A stretch of DNA of 64,000 nt from Cyanobacteriota bacterium (GTDB lineage Bacteria > Cyanobacteriota > Cyanobacteriia > PCC-6307 > Cyanobiaceae): positions 32,001 to 96,000 of the forward strand of contig JBJOMY010000006.1 of NCBI GenBank assembly GCA_046052125.1. The letters are read 5' to 3'. Each line of letters opens with the position of its first letter. The first letter of the stretch is position 1. Shown one piece after another: positions 42,673 to 52,417 of the stretch. Position numbers and translations under genes: made by a program. Below the pieces are notes generated by a model. The model was not told the DNA's origin, did not search any database, and worked only from the letters and a program-made list of their open reading frames with translations.

Positions 42673-44106
42673 TTAATCAGGTCGCAAACGGGTCAGGGCT
42701 ACCCAGGGCTGCAAGGCCTCAAGCACCGTGCGGCCCCAGCCGCGGCGGCGCATGCGCCCATCCAGCACCGCCAGGCGACCGCTGTTGCGGCGCACACCAG
42801 CCACGGCCAGCTGTAGCCGCTGCAGAGCATCCGGCAGCAGTAGCTCCCGGAACCAATCACGACCCTGAAGCCGCAAGGCGCCCACCCGGGCAGCTGTGAG
42901 CGGATCTTCCAGGCTGGCGATCGGCAGGGTGGCCGCCACCAATTGCGAAGGCAGCGGCAAGCGCGACTGATGCTCCAGCCACCAGCTCCAGCTGCAGCAG
43001 ATCACGCCATTGCTCTCCGGTGCGGTGAGTTGATGCCCCACCCGCGAACCAAATTCGGCGGCCAAGCCACTGGTGAGGCTCAGCCGTAGATCCTCGTCGT
43101 CAAGCAGCACCACCGTGAGGCCGCTCTGGCCCAGCACCAACCGGCGGCATTGATCGAGCAGATGGGTGGCGTAGTGGGGTGCGTTGGGCAGGGGCTGACC
43201 CTGGGGGGCAAAAAGGGGCAGGGGGTCGAGCAATGGGGGATCGGCGAGGCTCAACTCCACCTGCGGGGTAAAGCCCAGCACCGGCCCCTGGGCCTGCAGC
43301 CAGGGACCCACCAGCACCACACCGCGCCCGTGCAACAGGCCAGGCAGTTCCGCCAGGGGCTGCAGTGGTTGGCGGTGCCACTGCCACTGCAGCAGCGTGG
43401 CGTTGATCTGGGCCCAGCTGGTCCAGCCATCCCCGGCGCTGGCCATCCATTGCGGCCACGGCTCCGGCAGCGGCCCGAGCACCGCCAGCAACTGACGCAG
43501 CGGTGCCTCCTCCTCGGGCGCAATGCCCACCTGCTGCAGCGGGCCGCAGGGGCGCGCCAACAGGCGACGACTCAGCCGCTCGTGCAGCTGCAGCAAGCTG
43601 GCCGAGGCAGCCGGAAGGCTGCGGCGCAGCTGCTCCCAATGGGCCGTGTCGATCACCACAGCGAGGGATTCCCTCAGCCGCGGCTCCAGCAGCTCCCCCT
43701 CAGGCACCACCAGCTGGTGATCGGCCAGGGTTCCATCACGCCAGGCCTGAACGAGCTGCTCATGCTGCAGCAACCAGAGCTGGCCCGCCGGCGGAGCCTG
43801 GGGACCCTCCCAGCAAGCGAGCCGCAGACCCACCGCCTCAAGCCGGGGTAGCTCCACCTGCAGCAAGCGCTGGCGCAGCGCCGCACTCACCACCATCGCC
43901 ACCGGCTGCTCATGCAGTGCCAAGGGCACAAGCAACCCAAGCAACCAGCTGGGATCACTGCCGGGCGCCAGGCGCACGAGGGTTTGATCCGACCGCCGCA
44001 GGCTGCGGGCCACCAGCCGGCTCAAGGTGAGGTGGTGGGGCCAGCGGGCTTCACCGGCCTGTTGGAGCAAGGCCTTGAGTTGGTGGTGGGCCCGTGCTTC
44101 CAGCAT
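42673..44106 (-). CDS. Degenerate DinG-like helicase-domain protein
   Basis: MLEARAH..L...WPHHLTLSRLVARSL N-terminus; LP..S.EDP...RLQ.AV..VRR..G...VLDGR...WG C-terminus. Confidence 0.7.
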   Translation of the reverse strand: MLEARAHHQLKALLQQAGEARWPHHLTLSRLVARSLRRSDQTLVRLAPGSDPSWLLGLLVPLALHEQPVAMVVSAALRQRLLQVELPRLEAVGLRLACWEGPQAPPAGQLWLLQHEQLVQAWRDGTLADHQLVVPEGELLEPRLRESLAVVIDTAHWEQLRRSLPAASASLLQLHERLSRRLLARPCGPLQQVGIAPEEEAPLRQLLAVLGPLPEPWPQWMASAGDGWTSWAQINATLLQWQWHRQPLQPLAELPGLLHGRGVVLVGPWLQAQGPVLGFTPQVELSLADPPLLDPLPLFAPQGQPLPNAPHYATHLLDQCRRLVLGQSGLTVVLLDDEDLRLSLTSGLAAEFGSRVGHQLTAPESNGVICCSWSWWLEHQSRLPLPSQLVAATLPIASLEDPLTAARVGALRLQGRDWFRELLLPDALQRLQLAVAGVRRNSGRLAVLDGRMRRRGWGRTVLEALQPWVALTRLRPD

Positions 44107-44147
44107 CGTGAAATCGTAGGAAGCTGGCCTGAAGGCACTGTTCAGAG

Positions 44148-45038
44148 ATGACATCCAGCCAAGGGCCGTCGTCCCCGGCCGTGAATGCCTTGAGCGGGCA
44201 AGCGGTGGGCATCGTGGGGCTCGGCCTGATCGGTGGATCGCTGGGGCTGGATCTGCAGGCCGCGGGTGTGGAGGTGCGTGCTCTGGTGCACCGCGACAGC
44301 ACCGCCCAACGGGCCCGTGAGCGCCGGCTGGCCCAGCACATCGACACCGATCCCGGCGTCTTGGAGGGCTGTGGCCTGATCGTGCTGGCCCTGCCTCTGG
44401 ATCGCCTCCTCGATCCACCGAACACCCTGCTGGCCGCGCTGCCGACCGATGCTGTGATCACCGATGTGGGATCCGTGAAGCAACCGGTGCTGGAGCGATG
44501 GGAGCCGCTGCACCGCCGCTTCGTGGCCAGCCACCCCATGGCGGGCACCGCAGAAGCCGGGGTGGAGGCCGGCATCCGGGGGTTATTCGCCGGACGGCCC
44601 TGGGTGGCCACACCAACCCCGGGCACTGATCCAATCGCCCTTGCCGCTGTAGAGGAGCTAGCCGCTCTGGTGCAGGCGCAATGGCTCACCTGCGAAGCCG
44701 CTGCCCATGACCAGGCCGTGGCTCTGATCTCCCATATGCCGGTGTTGGTGAGTGCGGCACTGCTGGAGGCGGCGGATCTGGGCGGCAGTGCCGCAGGAGC
44801 CGATGCCTTGGTGCGCCAGCTGGCCTCCAGCGGATTTGCCGACACCAGCCGCATCGGCGGCGGCAACCCGGAGCTCGGCACCCTGATGGCGCGTTGCAAC
44901 CGAGACGCAGTGCGTGAAGCACTGCACAACTACCGCAACCAGCTCGAGCAGCTGGAAGCCCTGGTGGATCAGCAGCAGTGGCAGGAGCTGGAGGGGCGGC
45001 TGCAGCGCTGCCAGGCGCTGCGGCCCGATTTCCTGTGA
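44148..45038 (+). CDS. tyrA: Prephenate/arogenate dehydrogenase
   Basis: GIVGLGLIGGSLG, TDVGSVK, SHPMAG, HDQAVALISH.P, SGFADTSRI. Confidence 0.93.
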   Translation: MTSSQGPSSPAVNALSGQAVGIVGLGLIGGSLGLDLQAAGVEVRALVHRDSTAQRARERRLAQHIDTDPGVLEGCGLIVLALPLDRLLDPPNTLLAALPTDAVITDVGSVKQPVLERWEPLHRRFVASHPMAGTAEAGVEAGIRGLFAGRPWVATPTPGTDPIALAAVEELAALVQAQWLTCEAAAHDQAVALISHMPVLVSAALLEAADLGGSAAGADALVRQLASSGFADTSRIGGGNPELGTLMARCNRDAVREALHNYRNQLEQLEALVDQQQWQELEGRLQRCQALRPDFL

Positions 45039-45047
45039 AGCCGGCGG

Positions 45048-46550
45048 CTAAGACGCCAGCTGCAGGTTGCGGCCGGCAGCGGCGAGCAGCTGCCGGCAAG
45101 CGGTGAAGGCCGAGAGGCTCACCCCTGCAGTGCCTTCACCGGGGTAGATGGCATCACCGCAGAGCCAAAGGCCTGGCAGAGGAGTGCGGCTGGCCAGCCC
45201 AAAGGGACCGAAGCGGCTCGGGTGCTGCCCCAGACCACCGACGAACCCAAACGGCCGGCCCGTCCAACCAGCAAAGCCCCGCGGCGTGGCCAACTCCACG
45301 TGGAGGTAATCGGAAGCGTTCACGCCCAGCAATCGCTCCAGGCCGGCTTGGATCCCTGCCAAAGCCTCTTGCTTGCGCTGCTGGTAATCCAACTCCGCTA
45401 GGTCAAACCAGGGCCGGGCCGGCGTGAACACGCTGGCGATCACGGTGGCCTGCCCTGCAGGAGCGCGGCCATCGCCCTCCGCGCTGATCGACACGAACAG
45501 GTTGCCTGGCTCACTCCACTCGAGCTGGGCGTGCAGGCCCAGGTGCCGCGGCAGTCGCTCGCGGGCCACAGCTCCGTAAAGCACCAGGGCTCCGGAGGGG
45601 TCTGGAAACCCTGCGATCCGGCGGCCATAGGGCTCGGGCAAGGTCTCTCCCAGCAGCTCCGGCAACAGTTGGGGCGGCAGGGTGTTCACCACCTGCTTGG
45701 CCTCAAGCGCAAACGGCCGCTGGCCTGGTCCCACGCCCTCCAAGTGCCAACCCTTGCCGGCCGGGCGCAGCGCTTGCAGGCGGTGCCGAAGCCGCAGCCT
45801 CCCGCCGGCCTGCGCCAGCGCCTGCTCCAGCGCCTGGCTCAACTGCTGCATGGAACCGTGCAAGTGCCAGAGGCCCAGGGGCTCCTGCGCCATCGCCAGC
45901 ACCGTGGCGCCGTAGAGGGCGGCTGTGCGATCGGCAGGCTCCTGGGAATAGAGCTTGAGCTGCAGATCCAGAAAGCGCCGGAGGCGCTGATCGGCGCCGC
46001 AGCGGGTGAGCTGCAACAGATCAGCGATGCTGGCGCCCACGAGCACACCACTGATCAACGTGGATGGATCCACCGCCCCAAGCAGCTGGCGGAGATCCCA
46101 GAGCGTGCGTGGGGGCAGCACAGGGTCACGGCCGGCGAAAGCCCAGTTGCTGCGATGGAGCCAGGCGCACAGCTGCCAGAAGCGCTCGCTGCCCGGGAAC
46201 TGGCACTGGCGCTCCTGCTGCCAGCGCTGAGGGTCCCGCCAGAGGTGAATGGGCTCCGTTTCCCCTGCCAGCTGCACACTGCAGCCCGGATTGAGAGGGG
46301 TGGCCTCTGGCAGCGGCAGGTTGAAGTGATGGAAGAGGCGCTGGTGGATCCCGCCCGGCTCGAATCCCGCCACCTGGGTGGCGCCCACATCGAAGGTGTA
46401 AGGCCCGCGACGGAACGTGCCCGCGCAACCACCGCTCTGGCTGTGGGCCTCAAGCAGCTCCACATCCAGGCCCTCGGCGGCCAGCAGGGCTGCGGAAGTG
46501 AGGCCGGCGATGCCGCCTCCCACCACCGCCACATCACAACGGCTCAACAT
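45048..46550 (-). CDS. crtD: Carotenoid C-3',4' desaturase-like FAD oxidoreductase (CrtI/CrtD family)
   Basis: VVGGGIAGL, GGCAGTF.R..Y.FDVGATQVAG, GLWHL.GSMQ, LCGD.IYPGEGTAGV. Confidence 0.75.
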   Translation of the reverse strand: MLSRCDVAVVGGGIAGLTSAALLAAEGLDVELLEAHSQSGGCAGTFRRGPYTFDVGATQVAGFEPGGIHQRLFHHFNLPLPEATPLNPGCSVQLAGETEPIHLWRDPQRWQQERQCQFPGSERFWQLCAWLHRSNWAFAGRDPVLPPRTLWDLRQLLGAVDPSTLISGVLVGASIADLLQLTRCGADQRLRRFLDLQLKLYSQEPADRTAALYGATVLAMAQEPLGLWHLHGSMQQLSQALEQALAQAGGRLRLRHRLQALRPAGKGWHLEGVGPGQRPFALEAKQVVNTLPPQLLPELLGETLPEPYGRRIAGFPDPSGALVLYGAVARERLPRHLGLHAQLEWSEPGNLFVSISAEGDGRAPAGQATVIASVFTPARPWFDLAELDYQQRKQEALAGIQAGLERLLGVNASDYLHVELATPRGFAGWTGRPFGFVGGLGQHPSRFGPFGLASRTPLPGLWLCGDAIYPGEGTAGVSLSAFTACRQLLAAAGRNLQLAS

Positions 46551-46599
46551 GCCGGCATGCTGGCAGCGCCTCAAGCGCCGGCGTGAGTCGGGAGTCGCC

Positions 46600-47502
46600 A
46601 TGCAGCAGCCCGTGATGGCGCGCTGGCTCGCCCAGCAGGGGATGGAGCTGGTGAGCATGCAGCCCGTGGGTGGTGGCTGCATTCACCGCGCCTGGCAGCT
46701 GGAGCTGAGGAATGGATCCCGCCGCTTCGCCAAAACCAACCATGCATCCCTGCTGCCTGTCTTGGCAGCCGAAGCGGATGGTCTAGAGGCCCTGGCTGCC
46801 GCCGCCGAGACCGGAGCCGCCAGCGGCCCCACCCCCACCATTCCCCAGATGCTTGGGCTGGCGGAACTGGAGGGTGAGGCGGTGCTGCTGCTGAGCTGGC
46901 TGGAGTTGGGGCCCGGTAGCCCCCAGGGCTGGCAGGAGCTGGGAGCGGGCCTGGCCAGGCTGCATCGCGGCAGCCTCACGGCCGGTGAGCGCCGCTTCGG
47001 CTGGCCTTCCAACAACTTCATCGGTTCAGGACACCAAGCCAACAGCTGGCAGAGCAGCTGGGGAGCCTTCTGGCGCGACCAGCGACTGGGGGTCCAGCTA
47101 CGGCAAGCCGAAGCGGCAGGGCGAGCACTCCCTCAGGCACAAAGGCTGTTGGAGCTGGTGCCCGAGTGGCTCAGCCAGCATCAACCCGACGCCTGCTTAG
47201 TGCATGGCGATCTGTGGAGCGGCAACGCATCCCTGCTCAGGGGGGGCGGTTCAGCCCTGTTCGATCCAGCGGTGTACCGGGGCGACCGCGAAGTGGATCT
47301 GGCCATGGCCCGATTGTTTGGTGGCTTTCCGGCCCCCTTCTTCGAGGGCTACACGCAGGAGTGGCCCCTGCCGGAGGACCACCGGAAGCGGGTGGATCTC
47401 TACAACCTGTATCACCTGCTCAATCACGCCAATCTCTTTGGCGGGAGCTACTGGCACCAAAGCGCCGCCAGCATCCAGGCACTGCTGCGCACCTGGGGCT
47501 GA
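46600..47502 (+). CDS. Fructosamine kinase family protein
   Basis: VGGGCIH, EADGL, FGW..NNFIG, LVHGDLWSGN, FDPA.Y.GDREVDLAM. Confidence 0.92.
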   Translation: MQQPVMARWLAQQGMELVSMQPVGGGCIHRAWQLELRNGSRRFAKTNHASLLPVLAAEADGLEALAAAAETGAASGPTPTIPQMLGLAELEGEAVLLLSWLELGPGSPQGWQELGAGLARLHRGSLTAGERRFGWPSNNFIGSGHQANSWQSSWGAFWRDQRLGVQLRQAEAAGRALPQAQRLLELVPEWLSQHQPDACLVHGDLWSGNASLLRGGGSALFDPAVYRGDREVDLAMARLFGGFPAPFFEGYTQEWPLPEDHRKRVDLYNLYHLLNHANLFGGSYWHQSAASIQALLRTWG

Positions 47503-47538
47503 CGGCGCTCTGGGGAGGGATCCATCAGATCCCAACCT

Positions 47539-47904
47539 TTAGCCGAGGTATTCCTTGCGAAGGCTCTGAACTTTGGTGATCACGGCGGTGCGCTTGTCGC
47601 TGGTGGTGAGGTTCTGCCAGCTCCACTGACCGACCACCACAAGACCCAGCAGCTCGAGCAGACCAGGCACCACCGGCAGCAGGTTGATGGTGTCGATCAC
47701 GCCCTTAATCAGCACCTGGGCAACGATCACCACCACCAGAACGCCAACGCCCTTGCCGATGCGGCCCATCTGGCTCCAATCGACCTTGTCGAGCGTTTCG
47801 TTCACCTTGCTGAGCACCTCGCTGTAGCGCTCGCTGAAGCTCACGCCGGCCTCTTCAGCCGCAGTGCTGGTCTGATCCTGGGGATCAGAGGTCTCGACGG
47901 TCAT
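47539..47904 (-). CDS. CAAD-domain thylakoid curvature protein (CurT/CURT1-like)
   Basis: Two TMs with ID.IN.LP.VPGLLEL.G and amphipathic termini. Confidence 0.8.
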   Translation of the reverse strand: MTVETSDPQDQTSTAAEEAGVSFSERYSEVLSKVNETLDKVDWSQMGRIGKGVGVLVVVIVAQVLIKGVIDTINLLPVVPGLLELLGLVVVGQWSWQNLTTSDKRTAVITKVQSLRKEYLG

Positions 47905-47945
47905 CAGAGGGAACGTGAATTATTGATTCGCCATAAGGTATCTGG

Positions 47946-48443
47946 GTGACTGCACCAACGCCAGCGCGCCTGCAGCTCGATGGGCATTGCCTGATCGTTC
48001 TGGAGCGCACGCTGCTGGCGGCGGCACCGGATGAAGGTTGCGCCCTGCTGATGGGGAGGCGCCAGGGTTCGAGCCTGTTGTTGCGGGCCATCTGGCCCTG
48101 CCGCAACAGCTGGCAGCCGGCTGAAGAACGGCCCCAGCGCTTTCGCCTCGACCCGCGCGAACAGCTGTTGGCGCAGCGCTGGGGCCGCAGCCGCGGGCTG
48201 CTGGTGATTGGCGCGGCCCACAGCCACCCGAGCAGCGAAGCCGTGCCATCCACCACCGACCGGCAGCTCTGCGTCGGCCCCACCTTGATGCTGATCCGCA
48301 GCGGCCTTCACCACGGCCTGCCCGCCCTGCGCGCCTGGTGGATTCCCGACAGCGCGGGGGATGAGGAACCGTCTGCCCGCCCCGCTGAACTGCCGATCGA
48401 ACTGCTGCCCGAGGCGCCGCGGACCGAGCGTTTGGGAGAGTAG
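47946..48443 (+). CDS. JAB/MPN (M67) metallopeptidase
   Basis: PDEGCALL.G and JAMM motif HSHP....PS.TD. Confidence 0.85.
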   Translation: MTAPTPARLQLDGHCLIVLERTLLAAAPDEGCALLMGRRQGSSLLLRAIWPCRNSWQPAEERPQRFRLDPREQLLAQRWGRSRGLLVIGAAHSHPSSEAVPSTTDRQLCVGPTLMLIRSGLHHGLPALRAWWIPDSAGDEEPSARPAELPIELLPEAPRTERLGE

Positions 48444-48470
48444 GGGGCTGGACAGCATTTCGCTCGCCCC

Positions 48471-49643
48471 ATGCTTCCCCCCGACACCACCGGCATCGCG
48501 CTCAGCCCCGATGAGGTGGCCCGCTTTGCGCGCCACCTGATCCTGCCGGAGGTGGGCATGGAGGGGCAGAAGCGCCTCAAGGCCTCCTCGGTGCTGTGCG
48601 TGGGCACCGGCGGCCTTGGCTCACCGCTGCTGCTCTATCTGGCGGCCGCCGGCGTAGGCCGCATCGGCATCGTGGATTTCGATGTGGTGGATCACTCCAA
48701 CCTGCAGCGGCAGGTGATCCACGGCACCAGCTGGGTGGGCAAGCCGAAGATCGAATCGGCCAAGGCGCGCATCCTCGAGATCAACCCCCACTGCCAGGTG
48801 GATCTCTACGAAACGGCGCTCACCAGCGAGAACGCCCTGGAGATCGTCCGCCCCTACGACATCGTCTGCGACGGCACCGACAACTTCCCCACCCGCTACC
48901 TGGTGAACGACGCCTGCGTGCTGCTGGGCAAGCCCAACGTGTACGGCTCGATCTTCCGGTTTGAGGGCCAGGCCACGGTGTTCAACCTCGACGCCGAAAG
49001 CCCCAACTACCGCGACCTGTTCCCCGAGCCACCGCCGCCGGGCATGGTTCCTTCCTGCGCCGAAGGCGGCGTGGTGGGCGTGCTGCCCGGAATCATCGGC
49101 GTAATCCAGGCCACCGAAGCCGTGAAGATCATCACCGGCATCGGCACCACCCTCAGCGGCCGCCTGCTGCTGTTTGATGCCCTGGGCATGAAGTTCCGCG
49201 AGCTCAAACTGCGGCCCAACCCCGAGCGCCCGGTGATCGACAAACTGATCGACTACCAGGAGTTCTGTGGCGTGGGGGGCACAGCCCCCGGGCAGGAAGA
49301 AGCCGGCGCCGTGGAGAGCATCAGCGTGAGCGAGCTGAAGACCCTGCTCGATGGCGACACCTCCGGGATGGTGCTGATCGACGTACGCAATCCGCCCGAA
49401 GCGGAGATCGCCGTGATCCCTGGCGCTGAGCTGATCCCCCTCGATCAGATCGAGAACGGCACCGCTGTGGAGCGGATCAAGCAACTTGCCGCCGGCAAAA
49501 CGCTCTATGCCCACTGCAAACTGGGCGGCCGCAGCGCCAAGGCCCTGATCGCCCTGAAACGCCACGGCATCGAGGGCATCAACGTGGCCGGCGGCATCGA
49601 CGCCTGGAGCCAGGACGTGGATCCGAGCGTGCCGCGCTACTGA
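48471..49643 (+). CDS. moeB: MoeB/MoeZ E1-like adenylyltransferase with C-terminal rhodanese
   Basis: RHLIL.EVG..GQ, GTGGLG, SNLQRQ, DGTDNFPTRY, SCAEGGV; rhodanese DVR...HCKLGGRS. Confidence 0.92.
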   Translation: MLPPDTTGIALSPDEVARFARHLILPEVGMEGQKRLKASSVLCVGTGGLGSPLLLYLAAAGVGRIGIVDFDVVDHSNLQRQVIHGTSWVGKPKIESAKARILEINPHCQVDLYETALTSENALEIVRPYDIVCDGTDNFPTRYLVNDACVLLGKPNVYGSIFRFEGQATVFNLDAESPNYRDLFPEPPPPGMVPSCAEGGVVGVLPGIIGVIQATEAVKIITGIGTTLSGRLLLFDALGMKFRELKLRPNPERPVIDKLIDYQEFCGVGGTAPGQEEAGAVESISVSELKTLLDGDTSGMVLIDVRNPPEAEIAVIPGAELIPLDQIENGTAVERIKQLAAGKTLYAHCKLGGRSAKALIALKRHGIEGINVAGGIDAWSQDVDPSVPRY

Positions 49644-49666
49644 GCGCGATCGATCAAGCCGCATGC

Positions 49667-49691
49667 GCCCGGGCTCAGACCCGGGCTTTTT
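49667..49691 (+). terminator. Rho-independent terminator after moeB
   Basis: GCCCGGG-CTCAGA-CCCGGGC-TTTTT. Confidence 0.75.
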
Positions 49692-49700
49692 GCTGGCAGC

Positions 49701-50906
49701 TCAGTAATCCACACCGCGCTTGAGATCCACGCCGCGCTCGGCGTAGTGCTTGTGGCACACCATCTCTGAGTGCACCGAAGCCAGATCGAAGTAGGCGGGT
49801 GGGTTCTTGCAGCGGCCCGTGAGGATCACCTCGGTTTCGGAGGGCTTGCGCAGCAGGGTCTGCACGATCGGCTCCACCGGCAGCAGCTCGAGATCCACGG
49901 TGGGGTTGATCTCATCGAGGATCACCGTTTTGTAGAGGCCGCTGGAGATGGCGGCGCGGGCGATCTCCCAGGCCCGCTCGGCTTCCACGTAATCGATCGG
50001 CTGCTGCTGGCCGCGCCACACGATCGCGTCGCGGCCGGAGCGCAGGTGATCCACCAGGTGGGGATAGCTCTCGCGCAGGGCAGCGATCGCCGCATCTTCG
50101 GTGTAACCGCTGCCGCCCTTGAGCCACTGCAGGATCAACACCCGATGGCTCTTGTCTTGGGAGATGCCGCGGCCGATGGCCTGGAGAGCCTTGCCTAGGG
50201 CGCTGGTGGATTTGCCCTTGCCCTCTCCGGTGTACACCTCGATGCCATCCAGGCCGGCCGCGGGCAGCTCATCGAGGCCGGGATCCAGCTCCGACACAGC
50301 ATCGCGGCGGCGGTGAGCACGCATCTCCGAGTGGAGATCGGCGATCTGAACCAGGGAGCGGGGCGCACCACGGCCGGTCACGATCACCTCCATGCCAGCG
50401 GGCTTGGCCGCCAGGGTGCGCACCACCTCCTCGGTATCAAGCAGCCCCAGATCCAGCACCGGATTGAGCTCATCGAGCACCACCACCGAATAGAGCTCGC
50501 TGGCGATGGCGCCTTTGGCGATCGTCCAACCGCGCTGGGCCTCCTGGATGTCGACGCGGGTGACCTCGTTTGCGCCGAAAAACTCGCCACGGCCAGTGCG
50601 CACCTGATCGATCAGGTGGGGGAAGCCTTGTTGCAGCGCCTCGATGGCGGCGTCTTCGTCGTAGGAGCGGCCGGGGCCCTTGAGGAAACGCAGCAACAGC
50701 ACCCGGGTCTGCTTCTGCTCGCAGATGCCCAAACCGATGGTGCGCAGCACCACCCCGAGGGCTGCCTGGCTCTTGCCCTTGCCGTCGCCGTCATACACAT
50801 GCAGCTGGCCGTGGCTGCGCTCGCTGCTGCCGGCTGCTGTGCGAATGCCGATGCCCCGGCCCGTGCCGCGGCTGGTTGTGGTGGCGGAGGTTGCCTGCGG
50901 GGCCAT
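49701..50906 (-). CDS. cobO: Cob(I)alamin adenosyltransferase (CobO/BtuR family), two-domain form
   Basis: Two P-loops (VYDGDGKGKS, VYTGEGKGKST), two LDE.N and V.TGR motifs. Confidence 0.85.
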   Translation of the reverse strand: MAPQATSATTTSRGTGRGIGIRTAAGSSERSHGQLHVYDGDGKGKSQAALGVVLRTIGLGICEQKQTRVLLLRFLKGPGRSYDEDAAIEALQQGFPHLIDQVRTGRGEFFGANEVTRVDIQEAQRGWTIAKGAIASELYSVVVLDELNPVLDLGLLDTEEVVRTLAAKPAGMEVIVTGRGAPRSLVQIADLHSEMRAHRRRDAVSELDPGLDELPAAGLDGIEVYTGEGKGKSTSALGKALQAIGRGISQDKSHRVLILQWLKGGSGYTEDAAIAALRESYPHLVDHLRSGRDAIVWRGQQQPIDYVEAERAWEIARAAISSGLYKTVILDEINPTVDLELLPVEPIVQTLLRKPSETEVILTGRCKNPPAYFDLASVHSEMVCHKHYAERGVDLKRGVDY

Positions 50907-50976
50907 GGCCAAGCCACTTACCGTCGGACTCTAACGACGGCTTCCGGAAGGCCATCGACCGCGGTTTGCAGCGCTG

Positions 50977-51861
50977 ATGCCGGCACAGTCCAGCCTCCAA
51001 CCCAGCGGCCTCCATCCCACGGTGGAGACCTTGGAGCCGGCCCTGCAGGCCGCCCTCACGGAGTTGCGCCGCTCCATCGCCGCACACCCTGCGGTGCTGG
51101 TGGCGTACTCCGGCGGCGTGGACAGCGCCCTGGTGGCGGCCATCGCCGCCGAGCAATTGGGGGAGCAGGCCATTGCCGTGACGGGCGTGTCGCCAGCGCT
51201 CGCCCCACACCTGCGCGAGGAAGCCCGGCAGCAAGCCGCCTGGATGGGCATCCGCCAACGCGAACTTCCCACCGCCGAACTCAACGACCCCGCCTACAGC
51301 AGCAATCCCAGCGATCGCTGCTACGCCTGCAAACGGGAACTCCACAGCCTGCTCGCCCAGCTCTTAGAGGAGAGCGACACGGCCGCTGCCGTGGTGCTCG
51401 ATGGCGTGAACCACGACGATCTCGGCGATCACCGCCCTGGTATCCGCGCCGCTCAAGAGCGCGGCGTTCGTTCGCCTTTGGCGGATCTCGGCATCAGCAA
51501 AGCCGGCGTGCGCGGCATCTCCCGGGCCCTGGGCTTCCCCTGGTGGGATAAGCCTGCCCAGCCCTGCCTGGCCTCCCGCTTTCCCTACGGCGAAGCGATC
51601 AGCGCGGAGCGGCTCCAACGCGTGGCCAGCGGCGAAGCCTGGTTGCGGCAGCAGGGGTTTCGTGAGCTGCGGGTGCGCAGCCAGGGGGAATCGGCGCGCA
51701 TTGAGCTGCCCCCCGATCAACTCACAGCCCTACTGGAGCCTGCGCTGCGAGAAGCCCTCGTAGCGGCCTTCCTGGATCTGGGCTTCACGGCGGTGAGCCT
51801 TGATCTAGAGGGGCTGGTGAGCGGCAAGCTCAACCGCGGGCTTCAGCGGCCAGACGCGTAA
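50977..51861 (+). CDS. larE: LarE-family ATP-dependent sulfur transferase
   Basis: PP-loop AYSGGVDS, N...RCYACK, DG.N.DD..D.RPG, PCLASR, RVR. Confidence 0.88.
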   Translation: MPAQSSLQPSGLHPTVETLEPALQAALTELRRSIAAHPAVLVAYSGGVDSALVAAIAAEQLGEQAIAVTGVSPALAPHLREEARQQAAWMGIRQRELPTAELNDPAYSSNPSDRCYACKRELHSLLAQLLEESDTAAAVVLDGVNHDDLGDHRPGIRAAQERGVRSPLADLGISKAGVRGISRALGFPWWDKPAQPCLASRFPYGEAISAERLQRVASGEAWLRQQGFRELRVRSQGESARIELPPDQLTALLEPALREALVAAFLDLGFTAVSLDLEGLVSGKLNRGLQRPDA

Positions 51862-51889
51862 AAAAGCCCTCTCCTAGGCGGGAGAGGGC
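51860..51889 (-). terminator. Rho-independent terminator after speD
   Basis: Minus strand GCCCTCTCC-loop-GGAGAGGGC-TTTTTT. Confidence 0.75.
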
Positions 51890-51913
51890 GAAGGGATCAG
51901 AACCCGAGGCCGA

Positions 51914-52390
51914 TCAAGCGGCGGTGAGGGCGGGTTCGCGCTCAGCACCTGCCACCGACCCGGGGGTCTCGCGGCGGAAGCTCTTGAGCTTGTAGTTGCC
52001 GGCGTCGAGCTCCTCGCTGAGCACGATGCAGGCCCGCTCCGGCATGGTGTGGTCACCACAGGTGAACACATCCACAGCAGCGTAGCCCGATTCGGGCCAG
52101 GTGTGGATCGAGATATGGGATTCGGCCAATAGAGCCAGCCCCGTCACACCCTGGGGGTCGAACCGGTGGGTGATCAGATTCAGGAGAGTGGCGCCAGCAC
52201 GCTTCGCAGCGGTGGTGATGGCGTTCCTGAGGAAAGCCTCGTCGTCGAGCTTGGCGGAATCGCAGTTGTACAGCTCGAGAATGCAGTGTTTACCCACCAT
52301 CTCGGTGGCACTGGGTGCTTGGGGGCTCGCGGAGAACGTCTCAGCTCCGGTCCATCCCGGGTTGGGGTGGAGGCAGGCCGCTTGGGTCAT
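51914..52390 (-). CDS. speD: S-adenosylmethionine decarboxylase proenzyme (pyruvoyl-dependent)
   Basis: GKH...[33 protein letters not shown]. Confidence 0.9.
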   Translation of the reverse strand: MTQAACLHPNPGWTGAETFSASPQAPSATEMVGKHCILELYNCDSAKLDDEAFLRNAITTAAKRAGATLLNLITHRFDPQGVTGLALLAESHISIHTWPESGYAAVDVFTCGDHTMPERACIVLSEELDAGNYKLKSFRRETPGSVAGAEREPALTAA

Positions 52391-52417
52391 CAGATCCCGG
52401 CAAAACAGCCGTTCACC

